Assembly: GCA_964512925.1 (NCBI GenBank)
Contig: CAZEKH010000001.1
Location: 200,226-264,225, forward strand
Reading direction: 5' to 3'
Length of the DNA: 64,000 bases
DNA from: an uncultured Candidatus Saccharibacteria bacterium
GTDB taxonomy: Bacteria > Patescibacteriota > Doudnabacteria > UBA920
The notes below the pieces were generated by a model. That model ran no database searches and was not told the origin of the DNA. It saw nothing but the letters and a program-made list of their open reading frames with translations. Both the position numbers and the translations under genes were made by a program. Positions within the stretch are counted from its first letter, which is position 1. Every line of letters begins with the position of its first letter. This document shows, piece by piece, positions 1-10,749 of this stretch.

Positions 1-2
1 AA

Positions 3-407
3 ATTGACTCTTTTCCTACACCTGGAAGTTTGAGTCAAAGCGGGCAGAGCGTGGCAGTTTTAGGAAGCAGAGTATTTTTAGGGAGAGCCGGCGGGCTTCC
101 AGCTTCCGGTATAAAGGAATTATATGAATTTTCAACGAGCGATTTTCATAACCAAACAGCTGAAGCAGATCTCAATACTTCGGTAAAAGATATGTTTATC
201 CGAGGCGGCTACTTGTTTTTAGCCACTGGGGATGATGCGGCAGAATTAAAAATTTATACCCTCGAAAATTTAAGTTTTGTAGGATCGGCTGATTTAGTGG
301 GGGATGCGGTAGCGTTAGATTGCGAAGGAGATAAATTTTTTGTGTCCAGTTTTAAAAGTTCAGAACCAAAAAAATCTGAGCTGCAGATTTTTGGTCCGGG
401 AAATTAG
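3..407 (+). CDS. 5'-truncated hypothetical protein, beta-propeller/LVIVD-repeat-like C-terminus
   Basis: Frame is open from the window edge; repeated beta-strand units (VAVLGSRVFLG, MFIRGGYLFLA, LDCEGDKFFVS). Confidence 0.55.
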   Translation: MDSFPTPGSLSQSGQSVAVLGSRVFLGRAGGLPASGIKELYEFSTSDFHNQTAEADLNTSVKDMFIRGGYLFLATGDDAAELKIYTLENLSFVGSADLVGDAVALDCEGDKFFVSSFKSSEPKKSELQIFGPGN

Positions 408-451
408 CTTTTTTAGCGCTATGGTTTTGTAGGTTATTGGAAAAAGATAAA

Positions 452-688
452 AAACAAAGACCCCCAAACTTTGAGGGCCTTTCTAAGAACGGAGACATTT
501 TTAGGGGAAAATGCCGCCTGTCCGGCTTATGTTGTCATGCGTTTTGAGCTAAAACCCCTTGCTCTAACACCCGCCGATACCTCCTTATTAGCCTCGCGCA
601 ACCGTTTACCTCCCCAGGGACAGCTACAAGGGACTTCGGAGTTCATCTGTCATTGCGCGCGCATCCTTACGGAAAGGAGCAGGGTTAT
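452..688 (-). ncRNA. Candidate orphan structured RNA divergent from hrcA
   Basis: GC-rich block with several helices (AACCCTGCTC/GAGCAAGGGGTT, CGCGCAAT/GTTGCGCG); extended -10-like TGTTAATAT upstream; hairpin plus U-run at 452-480. Confidence 0.45.
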
Positions 689-722
689 ATTAACATAAAT
701 ATTTTTTTTATATTTTTAACAG

Positions 723-749
723 TTATCACTTGACACCATTGAGTGATAA
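723..749. promoter_or_regulatory. CIRCE variant (HrcA operator) overlapping the hrcA -35
   Basis: TTATCACTT-N9-GAGTGATAA; TTGACA 730-735, 17-bp spacer, TATTAT 753-758. Confidence 0.8.
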
Positions 750-764
750 TGATATTATCAGACT

Positions 765-1520
765 ATGAGTGAAAGTGATAACCAATTAAATCCCAGGCAG
801 GCAAAGATACTGGCTGCCATAGTCAAAGAGCACTGCGATACTTGCCAGCCGGTCGGTAGTAAAGAGCTGTTTGAAAGCTACAGTTTTGGCGTGTCAGCTC
901 CGACTATACGAAACGAAATGCAGGAACTGGAAAAAATGGGTTTTTTGTCTCAGCCCCATACTTCAGCCGGACGCATCCCTACTGACAAAGGTTTTCGCTA
1001 TTTTGTAAATCAGCTGATGGACAAAGTTAAGCTGACTTTAGTAGAGCAGGATAAACTAAAAAAAGAACTGATGAAACTTCAACTTGCCCATATGGAGATG
1101 GGCAGACGTTTGACTAAAATTCTGTCCGACTCCAGCCACCAGGCATCGTTTGCTTTGTTTGAAGATGAGGTTTCTACGATGGGTCTGTCCAATATACTTT
1201 CAAACCCCGCGCTTCCGACTGAGGATGCGAAAGAAATTGCCAAATTTTTTGACAACATAGACGAGCACGCAGAAAGTATGATTGCCGAATACGGAGGCAA
1301 ACAGGCTGAAGCCAGGATCGGCAGGGAAATAGCGCTTTCGGAAAAGTCCGACTACTCAATGGTGGTTTCCGGGCTCAAACTTCCTTCAGGGAAAAAAGGC
1401 GTGATCGGCGTGGTGGGCCCGAAAAGTATGAAATATGAGAAAAATATGAGTCTTTTGGAATATATTTCCAAATTACTCAGTGGCGGGACGGCGATGTATA
1501 TACTTTTTTTAATAAAATAA
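765..1520 (+). CDS. hrcA: Heat-inducible transcription repressor HrcA (short form)
   Basis: wHTH SAPTIRNEM..LEKMGFLSQPHTSAGRIPTDKGFRYFV; C-terminal GVIGVVGPKSMKY. Confidence 0.95.
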   Translation: MSESDNQLNPRQAKILAAIVKEHCDTCQPVGSKELFESYSFGVSAPTIRNEMQELEKMGFLSQPHTSAGRIPTDKGFRYFVNQLMDKVKLTLVEQDKLKKELMKLQLAHMEMGRRLTKILSDSSHQASFALFEDEVSTMGLSNILSNPALPTEDAKEIAKFFDNIDEHAESMIAEYGGKQAEARIGREIALSEKSDYSMVVSGLKLPSGKKGVIGVVGPKSMKYEKNMSLLEYISKLLSGGTAMYILFLIK

Positions 1521-1634
1521 ACATTTAAAATTACTAATTTACCTAAGTACGCTAATTATTCTAAATAAATCTTAAAATCCCAATTTGGGCATTATTTAGG
1601 TTAATTAGAATAATTAGGTCAATTAGCATAATTT

Positions 1635-2246
1635 ATGACTGAAGATATCAAAGACGATCAAAATTCATCTGGGCAAGTTGCTTTAGAGATGCTGCAAAAC
1701 GATTTAAATGAGGCTCTGTCGGGTTGGAAACGCACTGCTGCGGATTTTGAAAACTATAAAAGAAGAACAGCCGAGCAGCAGAAAGAGTTGGCAGAGTTTG
1801 CCCGCGAGGCTTGTGTAGCCAAGCTGCTGCCAACTTTGGACGCTTTAAGCCAGGCTTTAAGGCATTTGCCGGAAGCGGGAGATCAGGAAGCTAGCGAGTT
1901 AGAGAGTAAGAGTGTTAGAGAGTTAGAAGACCGAGGCAACGGCGAGTCAGTAGATCAGTTGACCAAGGGATCAGCTGACCGGGGATTTTGGGGAAAATAT
2001 AAGTCTTGGCAAACGGGGATTTCCGGTATATTGGTGAATCTGGATAAGGTTTTGTCAGAATTGGGGGTAAAAAAGATTGAAGCTAGGGGCAAAAAGTTTG
2101 ACCCGCACCTTCACGAGGCAGTCCGGGATATGGAAAGCGAAGAAGAAGAGGGGGTTGTGGTGGAAGAACTGCAAAGCGGTTATGAGTTAAATGGAAAACT
2201 TATACGTCCAAGCCAGGTGATTATCAGTAAAAAGAAAGATGATTGA
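1635..2246 (+). CDS. grpE: Nucleotide exchange factor GrpE with internal insertion
   Basis: ADFENYKRR, FDPHLHEAV, GYELNGKLIRPSQV. Confidence 0.95.
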   Translation: MTEDIKDDQNSSGQVALEMLQNDLNEALSGWKRTAADFENYKRRTAEQQKELAEFAREACVAKLLPTLDALSQALRHLPEAGDQEASELESKSVRELEDRGNGESVDQLTKGSADRGFWGKYKSWQTGISGILVNLDKVLSELGVKKIEARGKKFDPHLHEAVRDMESEEEEGVVVEELQSGYELNGKLIRPSQVIISKKKDD

Positions 2247-2557
2247 AATTACCGCGAAAATATTTTATGGAAAAACCCATTGAAACCAAGCCTTTATCGG
2301 AAAGATATAATTTTGAGCATTTAAAGCAGATTGTAAAATTTATAGATGAAGGATATAAATTGGCAGGTATAAATCAATTTTCAGGAGGGCAATATACTAC
2401 GACCTTACAGATGGGCGTTAATGTTAAAGAATTTAGGCATCATATGCCACTTGATGTAATGCTTCCTGGTAAACAAGACCAACAGGATGCTCAGGATTAT
2501 AAGACTAAAATATTTAAAGAACAACTTCAAATGTTGATAAAAAATGCAGAAAAATAA
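2243..2557 (+). CDS. Hypothetical protein
   Basis: ORF within the heat-shock cluster; no motif recognised; start uncertain. Confidence 0.55.
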   Translation: MKLPRKYFMEKPIETKPLSERYNFEHLKQIVKFIDEGYKLAGINQFSGGQYTTTLQMGVNVKEFRHHMPLDVMLPGKQDQQDAQDYKTKIFKEQLQMLIKNAEK

Positions 2558-2594
2558 ATTAAGTAGTACATTAATTCATTAAAGAAAGAAATTT

Positions 2595-2888
2595 ATGAAA
2601 ATCGCCGAGATGTTTGAGGTTAGAGAGATAATGGAGATGGACGATAAGGATAAAAAAATTAAGCCTTTGGATGACAATGACTGCGTAATAGAAAGCAAAT
2701 CGTTAAACAAGAACAAAATTATATTGAGAATGCTCAGAGAGTCAGATCAAAGCCAAGGCAATGTTTTTGTAAAACTAAAAGACGAGCACAAAGACCAATT
2801 TCCGGTTTCCAAAAAACTCTTAGCCAGCCAGAAAGTCATCGGCCTGACCTTGAAACAGTTTAAAGAATTTTTAACAGAAGATTTATAA
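2595..2888 (+). CDS. Hypothetical protein
   Basis: 97-aa ATG ORF co-oriented with its neighbours. Confidence 0.6.
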   Translation: MKIAEMFEVREIMEMDDKDKKIKPLDDNDCVIESKSLNKNKIILRMLRESDQSQGNVFVKLKDEHKDQFPVSKKLLASQKVIGLTLKQFKEFLTEDL

Positions 2889-3002
2889 ATATACTATTAA
2901 TGCCGATTAACAGATTGTCGGATTAAAAAGATACTTATAGCTCATTAAATCTGCAAGTATCAGAAAAATCCGCTAAATCAGTAGATCGGAATATAAAAAT
3001 AT

Positions 3003-4874
3003 ATGTCAAAAATTATTGGAATAGATTTGGGAACTTCAAATTCAGCGGCTTCCGTGATGGAAGGGCAGACCCCGGTGATCATACCGGCTGCTGAAGGGGC
3101 ATCTTTGGGTGGAAAAGCTTTTCCTTCTTATGTAGCTTTTACTAAAGAAGGTCAGTTACTCGTGGGTGAGCCGGCCAGGCGCCAGGCCGTTACCAACCCG
3201 GAAGGCACTATCTTTGAAGCTAAGAGAAAGATGGGAACCAAGGAAAAATTTACAGTCTTTGGCAAGGAATACACGCCTGAGCAGATTTCCGCCTATATTT
3301 TACAAAAAATCAAGAAAGACGCGGAAAGCTTTTTAGGCCAACCGGTGTCCAAGGCGGTCATCACCGTGCCTGCGTATTTTGACGACACCCAAAGGCAGGC
3401 GACTAAAAATGCGGGTGAAATCGCTGGACTGGAAGTGGTGCGCGTGATCAATGAGCCGACTGCCGCGGCTTTTGCTTATGGACTCGATAAAACCGGCAAA
3501 GACCAGAAAATTTTGGTTTTTGACTTAGGCGGCGGCACTTTGGATGTAACCATTATGGATTTTGGCGAGCACGACGGGCAAGCCACTTTTGAGGTTTTGT
3601 CCACTTCGGGCGACACTCAGCTGGGAGGCAAAGATATGGACAAAGCGCTGATAGATTATGTCGTGTCTGAATTTAAAGCTAAGGAAGGCGATGACCTGAC
3701 TAAAGACGCTATGGCAATGAACCGGGTTCGCCAGGAAGTGGAAAAAGCCAAGATTGAGCTTTCTACGGTTTTTGAAACCGACCTAAATATTCCCTTTATT
3801 GTTTTGCAAAAAAACTTGCTGATGAAAATCACCAGAGCCAAACTGGAAGAGCTGATCAAGCCAATAGTGGAGAGAATGAAAAAGCCAGTTGAGCAAGCTA
3901 TTGCGGATGTGTCCAAGAAAACTGGTTCTTCTTTCGGCCCTCAAAACATCGATAAAATAATTTTAATCGGCGGACCTACCAGGATGCCGATGGTTAAAAA
4001 ATTGGTAGAGGACTATATCGGCAAGCAGGTGGAAGGCGGCATAGATCCGATGGAAGCCGTAGCCAAAGGAGCGGCGGTGCAGGCCGGTATTTTAGGCGGA
4101 GATGTAACCAGCAAAGATATTTTGCTTTTGGATGTTACGCCTTTAACTTTGGGTCTGGAAACTTTAGGCGGCGTTCGTACTCCCTTGATTGAGCGAAATA
4201 CGACTATTCCTACTTCAAAATCCCAGACTTTTTCTACTGCCGCTGACAATCAGACATCCGTGGAAATACACGTTCTTCAGGGAGAACGCGAGTTTGCCGC
4301 TGACAACAAGTCATTGGGTAAATTTATTTTGGACGGTATCCCGCCTGCCCCAAGAGGCATCCCCCAGGTGGAAGTGGTGTTTGATATAGACGCAAATGGT
4401 ATACTTACTGTAAAGGCTAAAGACAAGGCCACGGGCAAGGAACAGCATATTACTATTCAAGGCTCTTCAAATTTGTCTAAGGATGAGATAGAAAAGATGA
4501 AAAAAGAAGCGGAAAGTCACGCGGCTGACGACAGAAAGCGCAAAGAGCTGGTGGAGATGAGAAACCAGGCGGATACTTTGATTTCAGTCAGTGAAAAAAC
4601 TTTAAAAGATGCCGGAGACAAAGCTCCAGCTGCCGATAAATCGGCTGTGGAAGAAAAAATCAAAAACTTGAAGGATGTTAAAGATAAGGAAGACGGAGCT
4701 GCAATTAAAAAAGCTATGGATGAACTGTCGGAAGCTGTGCAAAAAGTCGGCGCCGCAATGTACCAACAGCCATCTCAGACCCCAAACCCTGAAGCTTCTC
4801 AGCCTTCAGACCAGCCAGGTAAAGCAGGCGAGGGTAAAGATCCGGTTGATGCGGATTTTAAAGAAGTTAAATAA
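3003..4874 (+). CDS. dnaK: Chaperone DnaK (Hsp70)
   Basis: [31 protein letters not shown]. Confidence 0.99.
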   Translation: MSKIIGIDLGTSNSAASVMEGQTPVIIPAAEGASLGGKAFPSYVAFTKEGQLLVGEPARRQAVTNPEGTIFEAKRKMGTKEKFTVFGKEYTPEQISAYILQKIKKDAESFLGQPVSKAVITVPAYFDDTQRQATKNAGEIAGLEVVRVINEPTAAAFAYGLDKTGKDQKILVFDLGGGTLDVTIMDFGEHDGQATFEVLSTSGDTQLGGKDMDKALIDYVVSEFKAKEGDDLTKDAMAMNRVRQEVEKAKIELSTVFETDLNIPFIVLQKNLLMKITRAKLEELIKPIVERMKKPVEQAIADVSKKTGSSFGPQNIDKIILIGGPTRMPMVKKLVEDYIGKQVEGGIDPMEAVAKGAAVQAGILGGDVTSKDILLLDVTPLTLGLETLGGVRTPLIERNTTIPTSKSQTFSTAADNQTSVEIHVLQGEREFAADNKSLGKFILDGIPPAPRGIPQVEVVFDIDANGILTVKAKDKATGKEQHITIQGSSNLSKDEIEKMKKEAESHAADDRKRKELVEMRNQADTLISVSEKTLKDAGDKAPAADKSAVEEKIKNLKDVKDKEDGAAIKKAMDELSEAVQKVGAAMYQQPSQTPNPEASQPSDQPGKAGEGKDPVDADFKEVK

Positions 4875-4984
4875 ATCCAGTCTTTGCCAGAATTTTTTAG
4901 TTTAATATATAGCAGTGAGAAGATTGGGATAAAACAAAATATGCAAATCCATAAATTCCATATCAATTAAACCAAAACAAAAAT

Positions 4985-5722
4985 ATGAAAGCCATAATAG
5001 CTATCTTGGTTATATTATTTTCCGGCATATATATTTATATATATTGGCAAAGCCACCGGGATTTAAACAGCGGTTTTAACCAAACAACCAGGTTTCAAAT
5101 AGGCAAAAAGCCCTGGGCAAGAAAATTATGGGCACTGCATAATGATGGCGATGCCCGCGCCCAGTATTTACTTGGCTCTGAGCCGATGATTGTAGAAATA
5201 GTCAGACCGGACAGTATAGATTTTCACGAAGAGTTAAATACCAATTTGAGAAAAAAGCTGGGTAAAATATTAGGCCGTCCGGTTCAGACTTTCAGCGTGG
5301 ATTTTATCAAGCAGGGGAATTTAACTGAAGATGATATTGAAAATATTGTCCATACCAAGCAAAGGCATAATTTGCCAGACCAGCCGCATTTTTTTATTAT
5401 TCTGGCTGACAGTTATGAAGGTGAGGGTCTGGAGTTGGGAAAAACTTATCAAGAATTTGGGATGTTATTGTCCAATAAGCGCCTAAAAGAGGTTTCTGCG
5501 GATTTAGGGGCAACGTCCGTAGATCAATATATGGAGTCCACCATACTTCACGAGTTTGGCCATCAGATCGGACTGCCTCATAACCAAGATGAGGATTGTA
5601 TTATGAATGAAAAAGTTGCTCACGCTGACGACTCAGGTTTTTTTAGCGGAATTTATACTCCGACCGATTATTGCGCTTTAGAAGTCACGCAAATTACCCA
5701 ACTGAGGGACAGTCTTAGATAA
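4985..5722 (+). CDS. Membrane-anchored zinc metalloprotease (metzincin-type)
   Basis: N-terminal TM; HEFGHQIGLPH plus CIM Met-turn. Confidence 0.75.
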   Translation: MKAIIAILVILFSGIYIYIYWQSHRDLNSGFNQTTRFQIGKKPWARKLWALHNDGDARAQYLLGSEPMIVEIVRPDSIDFHEELNTNLRKKLGKILGRPVQTFSVDFIKQGNLTEDDIENIVHTKQRHNLPDQPHFFIILADSYEGEGLELGKTYQEFGMLLSNKRLKEVSADLGATSVDQYMESTILHEFGHQIGLPHNQDEDCIMNEKVAHADDSGFFSGIYTPTDYCALEVTQITQLRDSLR

Positions 5723-5736
5723 ACTAATTTTATTCA

Positions 5737-6024
5737 ATGACTCAAAATACTCAACAAGTGCAAATCAAAGCTGAAAACGCTGATTTTAAAGGAGCTTATG
5801 CCAATATGGTGCAAATCGCGCATACTCCCGAAGAGTTTGTATTGGATTTTTTAAGTATATTTCCCCCCCAGGGCAGTTTGGTTTCCAGGGTGATTTTGTC
5901 GCCAAGCCATACTAAAAGGATGTCCCAAGCATTGCAGGAAAATATTGCTAAGTATGAAAAAGAATTTGGGGTTATTTCTTTAGCTGTTGTTCCGGACAGT
6001 AAGATCGGCTTTAGAACAGAATAG
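5737..6024 (+). CDS. DUF3467-like protein
   Basis: GAYAN..IAHTPEEFVLDF...VSRVILSPSHTKR pattern. Confidence 0.75.
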   Translation: MTQNTQQVQIKAENADFKGAYANMVQIAHTPEEFVLDFLSIFPPQGSLVSRVILSPSHTKRMSQALQENIAKYEKEFGVISLAVVPDSKIGFRTE

Positions 6025-6104
6025 TTTTTACCACTAATCATGAATTGTCCAAATATCACTGATTAATTTTGTAATAGTTCGGGTTATTGGTGTATTTCGA
6101 AAAT

Positions 6105-7256
6105 ATGAATAATTACTACGATATTTTAGGCGTGGCCAAATCCGCTTCGCCCGAAGAGATTAAGAGGGCTTTTAGAAAAAAAGCCCACGAACACCATCCG
6201 GATAAAGGAGGGGGAGATGAGAAAAAGTTTAAGGAAGTGAACGAAGCGTATCAGGTTTTGTCTGACAAGCAAAAACGCCAACAATACGATACCTATGGTA
6301 CAACTTTTGACCAGGCCTCAAGAAACGGCCAGGGTTTTTCCGGCAATCCTTTTGGCGGGGGATTTGGAGGTTTTTCTGAAGCTAATGAATGGGATTTTAA
6401 CGCCGGGGGTTTTGGGGATCTGGGCGATATTTTTGAGGGGTTATTTGGATCCGAATCCAAGCGCGCATCAAGGCGAGCCCGCGGTATAGATTTAGAAATA
6501 TCGGTAAAGATAGATTTTAAAGAAGCGGTGTTTGGTGTAAATAAGAAAGTTGTTTTGGAAAAACTTGATGTTTGTAAAACTTGTTCGGGTTCGGGCGCCG
6601 CTGACAAGAGCAAAATTGTAACCTGCCCAAAATGCCACGGCCAAGGGCAAATCCAAACCGCCAGAAGGACTATTTTTGGTATGGTGCAAAGCCGGGCAAT
6701 GTGCGATAACTGCGAAGGAACTGGCAAAATTCCAGAAGTCGTTTGTAAGGCTTGTGGCGGAAAAGGTTCTTCAAGGCAGCAAAAAACCATAGAAGTGCAG
6801 ATTCCGGCGGGGATAGATAACGGCCAAAAAATTCGGATTTCAGGCGAAGGCGAGGCCGGATACAGAGGTTCTCAGCCGGGCGATTTGTTTTTGGTCGTTG
6901 AAGTCAGGTCGGACAAAGATTTTACCCGCGATGGTTTTGATATATATAAGGACTTGCCGTTGAGTTTTGTTCAAGCGGCTTTGGGCAGTAAAATGTTGGT
7001 TGAAACTTTAGACGGCCAGATTGAGCTTAAAGTCCCCCCTGGAACTCAGCATGGCACTGTTTTTAAGGTTAAAGAGCGGGGAGTGCCTCACTTAGGACGC
7101 GCCCAAAGGGGTAGCCTGCTGGTTACAGCCAGAATTGTTGTGCCGAAAAAATTGACCAAAGAAGAAAGGGAACTGTTAACGAATTTAGCAAAGCTGCGGG
7201 GCGAAACCGTTGAGATTGAAAACGGTTTTTGGCAATCAATAAAAAACTCGTTTTAA
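6105..7256 (+). CDS. dnaJ: Chaperone DnaJ
   Basis: J domain HPD, G/F-rich region, four CxxCxGxG repeats. Confidence 0.98.
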   Translation: MNNYYDILGVAKSASPEEIKRAFRKKAHEHHPDKGGGDEKKFKEVNEAYQVLSDKQKRQQYDTYGTTFDQASRNGQGFSGNPFGGGFGGFSEANEWDFNAGGFGDLGDIFEGLFGSESKRASRRARGIDLEISVKIDFKEAVFGVNKKVVLEKLDVCKTCSGSGAADKSKIVTCPKCHGQGQIQTARRTIFGMVQSRAMCDNCEGTGKIPEVVCKACGGKGSSRQQKTIEVQIPAGIDNGQKIRISGEGEAGYRGSQPGDLFLVVEVRSDKDFTRDGFDIYKDLPLSFVQAALGSKMLVETLDGQIELKVPPGTQHGTVFKVKERGVPHLGRAQRGSLLVTARIVVPKKLTKEERELLTNLAKLRGETVEIENGFWQSIKNSF

Positions 7257-7330
7257 GAGTGCTATAATATTTATATCTGCCGCCGGAGATGGTAAAAAGC
7301 TTAATATTATCCGGCGAGTTGTAAATTTGT

Positions 7331-7882
7331 TTGTCAATGTACCAAATACCTGCTAACATTGCAATTTCAGGTTTTTTGGCAGCCTCCTGGGATGCCCCGC
7401 TTTTGTTTTTCTGGCTCGGGGGTTCTTTGCTTTATGTTTTTTATGCCAGAAAAGGCAGAATTTTGAATGCTTTGCTGAGCATATATATCTCCAAATTATT
7501 TTTGCTAGAACTGAATTTAGGAGCTAATTTTTTGCCGGCAAGTATGCCTCCGGCGGTTTTGTTGTTACAACAGATTGTTATATTTAGTTTAATATTTTTA
7601 ATTGTCTTTTTTTTATTTTCCTCATACGGTCTAAGGCTTGGGCGCAATGCTTTTGGAGTTTTTTCCGGATTTTTTACTTCGGTTATTTTTTCTATTTTAC
7701 AAATCGGACTGCTAATTAACATAGTTCTCAGCTTGATGCCTGTAAAATTTTTGGAAAATTTTTCATCCTTAATTTTGAAAATATTTGTTGATTTTCCGGC
7801 AGGGGTTATCTGGTTGGTATTACCGCTTTTTAGTTTTGTTTTGATCAATAAGTTATTTCATAATAAAAATTATCCGGAGTAA
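7331..7882 (+). CDS. Multi-pass membrane protein
   Basis: About five hydrophobic segments. Confidence 0.65.
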   Translation: MSMYQIPANIAISGFLAASWDAPLLFFWLGGSLLYVFYARKGRILNALLSIYISKLFLLELNLGANFLPASMPPAVLLLQQIVIFSLIFLIVFFLFSSYGLRLGRNAFGVFSGFFTSVIFSILQIGLLINIVLSLMPVKFLENFSSLILKIFVDFPAGVIWLVLPLFSFVLINKLFHNKNYPE

Positions 7883-7904
7883 TATTCGGGGAATATAAGA
7901 ATTT

Positions 7905-8294
7905 ATGCTACACCCAGCAAAACATATAATTGGAATAGTGGATGACGATGGTTTGATTTCAGGAACTTTAAAAAACCGCTTTGAGAGCGGGGGTATGATG
8001 GTCTATACTGCTTCTGATTCCGAAGGGGCAAAAGAGATTTTAAAAAAATACAAGCCGGAAATTTTGTTGTTGGATTTGCTTTTAACTAAAGATGAGGGCA
8101 GCCAGGGAATTTTGGATTATATAAAAAGCGTTCCCGAGTTGTCTTCAATGCCTGTGTTGGTTTTAACCAACTTGGACAAGCCTGAGTTAAAAAATATGCT
8201 GCTAAGCCAGGGAGTAAGGGAATATATAGTCAAAGGAAGCCTCAGTCTGGACGACCTGTATGAAAAGGTGTTGGGATACTTGGAACCGGTTTAA
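7905..8294 (+). CDS. Stand-alone response regulator receiver protein
   Basis: IVDDD, ILLLDLLL, PVLVLTN, EYIVK. Confidence 0.9.
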   Translation: MLHPAKHIIGIVDDDGLISGTLKNRFESGGMMVYTASDSEGAKEILKKYKPEILLLDLLLTKDEGSQGILDYIKSVPELSSMPVLVLTNLDKPELKNMLLSQGVREYIVKGSLSLDDLYEKVLGYLEPV

Positions 8295-9277
8295 GGGTTA
8301 GACCAACTGATTCGGGAAAAAATTCCCGTCGAAATAAGGCGGGTTTTTTTAATTGGACAGTTGTGGTTCAAACAAAGCTCGCCAAATTCAATGCGGCCTG
8401 GTTTTTTCAAGCTGGCATCTTCCAGCAGGTTTTTTAAAGCTATAGCTGACGAATTGGTGGCATATCCGTTTATAATCAAAAACTTAGCTTCAGTTGAGAG
8501 AATTTTAAAACAGTCAGACAAGAGTTCGGGTAAATTTTCATTGAATTTCCAGATTTTGCCTTCCGGCGATCTGCCATAGGCGGGCGGGTCCATAATAATG
8601 CCGTCATAAGTATTTCCGCGCTTGATTTCTCTTTTAACAAATTTTACAGCATCATCTAAAATCCACCTGACAGCATCTTCGGGGAGGTTATTAAGTTTGG
8701 AATTTTCATTGGCCCAGCTTATTGCCGGTTTGGAGGCATCCACGTGGGTTACTTTACAGCCCAGTTTGGCTAAAACCATAGTAGCCCCGCCGGTATAGGC
8801 AAATAGATTTAGCACCCTCACCCTACCCTCTCCCACTGGGAGAGGGGAAGGGGAGAGGGTTGATTTTTGATCTTCAAATTTTAAATCATTTAATCTTTCG
8901 ATCATATATTCCCAATTGGCAGCCTGTTCGGCAAAAATACCGGTGTGTTTGAAGGGGGATAGTTTAAGATGAAATTTAACCGAAGTATCTCCCTCTCCCT
9001 TGAGGGGGGAGGATGGGTGGGGGTGAGAAGTTGGAAATTTTATTATCCAAGGTTCAGGGATTTTATTTTTTATTTCCCATCTGCCTTTTTCCCCTCCCAC
9101 ACCTTGCTGAAAAATTGCATCGGCTTTTGTCCATTCTGACTCAGACAGGCTTTTTTGCCATATAATCTGTGGATCTGGACGTTGTAAAATAACTTTGCCC
9201 CAACGTTCCAAACGAAAACCAGCGCCTGTGTCCAGGAGTTCAAAGTCCCAAGTTTTATTGTAAGATTCTAAAAGCAT
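8291..9277 (-). CDS. Class I SAM-dependent methyltransferase (RlmI/RlmK-like) with two palindromic in-frame insertions
   Basis: KHTGIFAEQ, VLNLFAYTGGA, DGIIMDPPAYG. Confidence 0.85.
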   Translation of the reverse strand: MLLESYNKTWDFELLDTGAGFRLERWGKVILQRPDPQIIWQKSLSESEWTKADAIFQQGVGGEKGRWEIKNKIPEPWIIKFPTSHPHPSSPLKGEGDTSVKFHLKLSPFKHTGIFAEQAANWEYMIERLNDLKFEDQKSTLSPSPLPVGEGRVRVLNLFAYTGGATMVLAKLGCKVTHVDASKPAISWANENSKLNNLPEDAVRWILDDAVKFVKREIKRGNTYDGIIMDPPAYGRSPEGKIWKFNENLPELLSDCFKILSTEAKFLIINGYATNSSAIALKNLLEDASLKKPGRIEFGELCLNHNCPIKKTRLISTGIFSRISWSNP

Positions 9278-9361
9278 ATAAATAAAACTTATAACCGGTA
9301 ATTTTTAACCTGTAACATAAAGTTACTTGTTATCTATTATAAGTTATAAGTTTATTAAAAA

Positions 9362-9760
9362 CTATTTTGCTACGATGTCGCCCAGGTTAAAGCTGTCAAT
9401 TGTGCCCTGATAAGTTACTTTAACTTCTTTGCCCAATAAGCTTGAAAAATCCCGGCTAGTTTTGATGTAAATAGTATGGGCTGAAGTTTGAAGCTTGTAG
9501 TTGCCTTTGCTTATGTTGTCTGAAGCTGTCAGTGTTCCTTCCCAAATCGCGGCAGCTGACTCACCCGGTTGGATTTTGGCCGGGTTTGATGATTTGCCGG
9601 AATTGGCGCTTTCGCCGGCATTTTCATTTTCCGCATCTTTTTGTATAACCGAACTGTTGTCAGTGCCGGTTATTTCAGAGTTATTTTTTCCGTATTGCCA
9701 GGCTGCAATAAGGAGCAAAATCAATGCCCCTATTATGAGGTAATTTTTGTTATTTTTCAT
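9362..9760 (-). CDS. Membrane-anchored hypothetical protein
   Basis: N-terminal TM, low-complexity linker, beta-rich C-terminus. Confidence 0.65.
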   Translation of the reverse strand: MKNNKNYLIIGALILLLIAAWQYGKNNSEITGTDNSSVIQKDAENENAGESANSGKSSNPAKIQPGESAAAIWEGTLTASDNISKGNYKLQTSAHTIYIKTSRDFSSLLGKEVKVTYQGTIDSFNLGDIVAK

Positions 9761-9986
9761 AGGATTTAGTTAATATTCTCTCAATAGTTTAAAGGATTTA
9801 CGAAATTTGTCAAAAATAATTTTTGGATCTTAAAGTTTATTAGTTACTATTAATTATTAAGACAAAAGTCCTACTTCGCTAAAGCTATGTAGGACACTTC
9901 TTTATGTATATGTAATTTTACAACTTCTCCGACAATGTATGATTATGCAAGATTAGTGTCTGCGCTTCGTAGCCTTGGCGAAGAAG

Positions 9987-10062
9987 TGGTGGGATGGGAG
10001 GGGATCGAACCCTCGACAAACGGCTTAAAAGGCCGCTGCTCTACCGACTGAGCTACCATCCC
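9987..10062 (-). tRNA. tRNA-Lys (UUU)
   Basis: Cloverleaf GGGATGG..AGCTCAGTCGGTAGAGC..CTTTTAA..GTTCGATCC..CCA. Confidence 0.96.
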
Positions 10063-10173
10063 AGATTTGACTATCTTGCATATCTTACAACATTCCTGGT
10101 TTTTTTTCAATATCCACACTGAAGTTATTTTTTATGGTATAATGATATAAATTCAAAATCATTAGAAACCAAA

Positions 10174-10698
10174 ATGTATTTATCCAAAATAAAGACTTTT
10201 TCCAGGAAGCAAAATCATGGGTTTACTTTAATTGAACTTCTGGTAGTAGTGGCAATTATTGCCCTTTTGTCATCAGTGGCTTTGATTGCTTTCATATCCG
10301 CCAGGCAGAAATCCAGAGATGTAAAAAGGCTGTCCGATATGACGCAAATGAATACGGCGCTTGAACTTTTTTATTCCGCCAATAAAGGTTATCCCGCTGG
10401 GATAGGAGGTATACCCCAGGGGATGACTCCAACTGCAGTGGGAATCATTCCCACAGCTCCCATAACTCCTGACGGGATATGCGACGGACTTACGCACTCT
10501 GCGGATAGCTGTGTGATGGGCGATGCGGCTTGTAACGGCGTGCCGCAAAATACTTACTATTATGTGGCTACGGGCACAATGTATAACTTAGGCGGGCCGG
10601 ATTTGTACCCGGATTATAATTACTTTTTTTGCTTGGGTAAAAATACTGCAAATTTTGAAGCAGGACCCAGGATCATAACGCCAAAAGGCATACGATAA
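10174..10698 (+). CDS. Type IV pilin/pseudopilin-like protein
   Basis: Prepilin motif G|FTLIELLVVVAII; KSRDVKRLSD. Confidence 0.9.
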   Translation: MYLSKIKTFSRKQNHGFTLIELLVVVAIIALLSSVALIAFISARQKSRDVKRLSDMTQMNTALELFYSANKGYPAGIGGIPQGMTPTAVGIIPTAPITPDGICDGLTHSADSCVMGDAACNGVPQNTYYYVATGTMYNLGGPDLYPDYNYFFCLGKNTANFEAGPRIITPKGIR

Positions 10699-10749
10699 TT
10701 TTTAAAAGGAATGCTTGGCAAAACCAAACATTCCTTTTAAAATGCCTAT

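Noticed and set aside
590-662. SRP RNA or glmS ribozyme identity for the RNA candidate
   Set aside because: GCGCAATG..ATGAAC and GGAGGTATCGGCGG are only partial resemblances; the SRP TCAGG..GGAAG..AGCAG motif and the glmS core are absent
471-698. 75-aa ORF on the + strand
   Set aside because: No recognisable protein features; it overlaps the hairpin and structured block better explained as a minus-strand RNA
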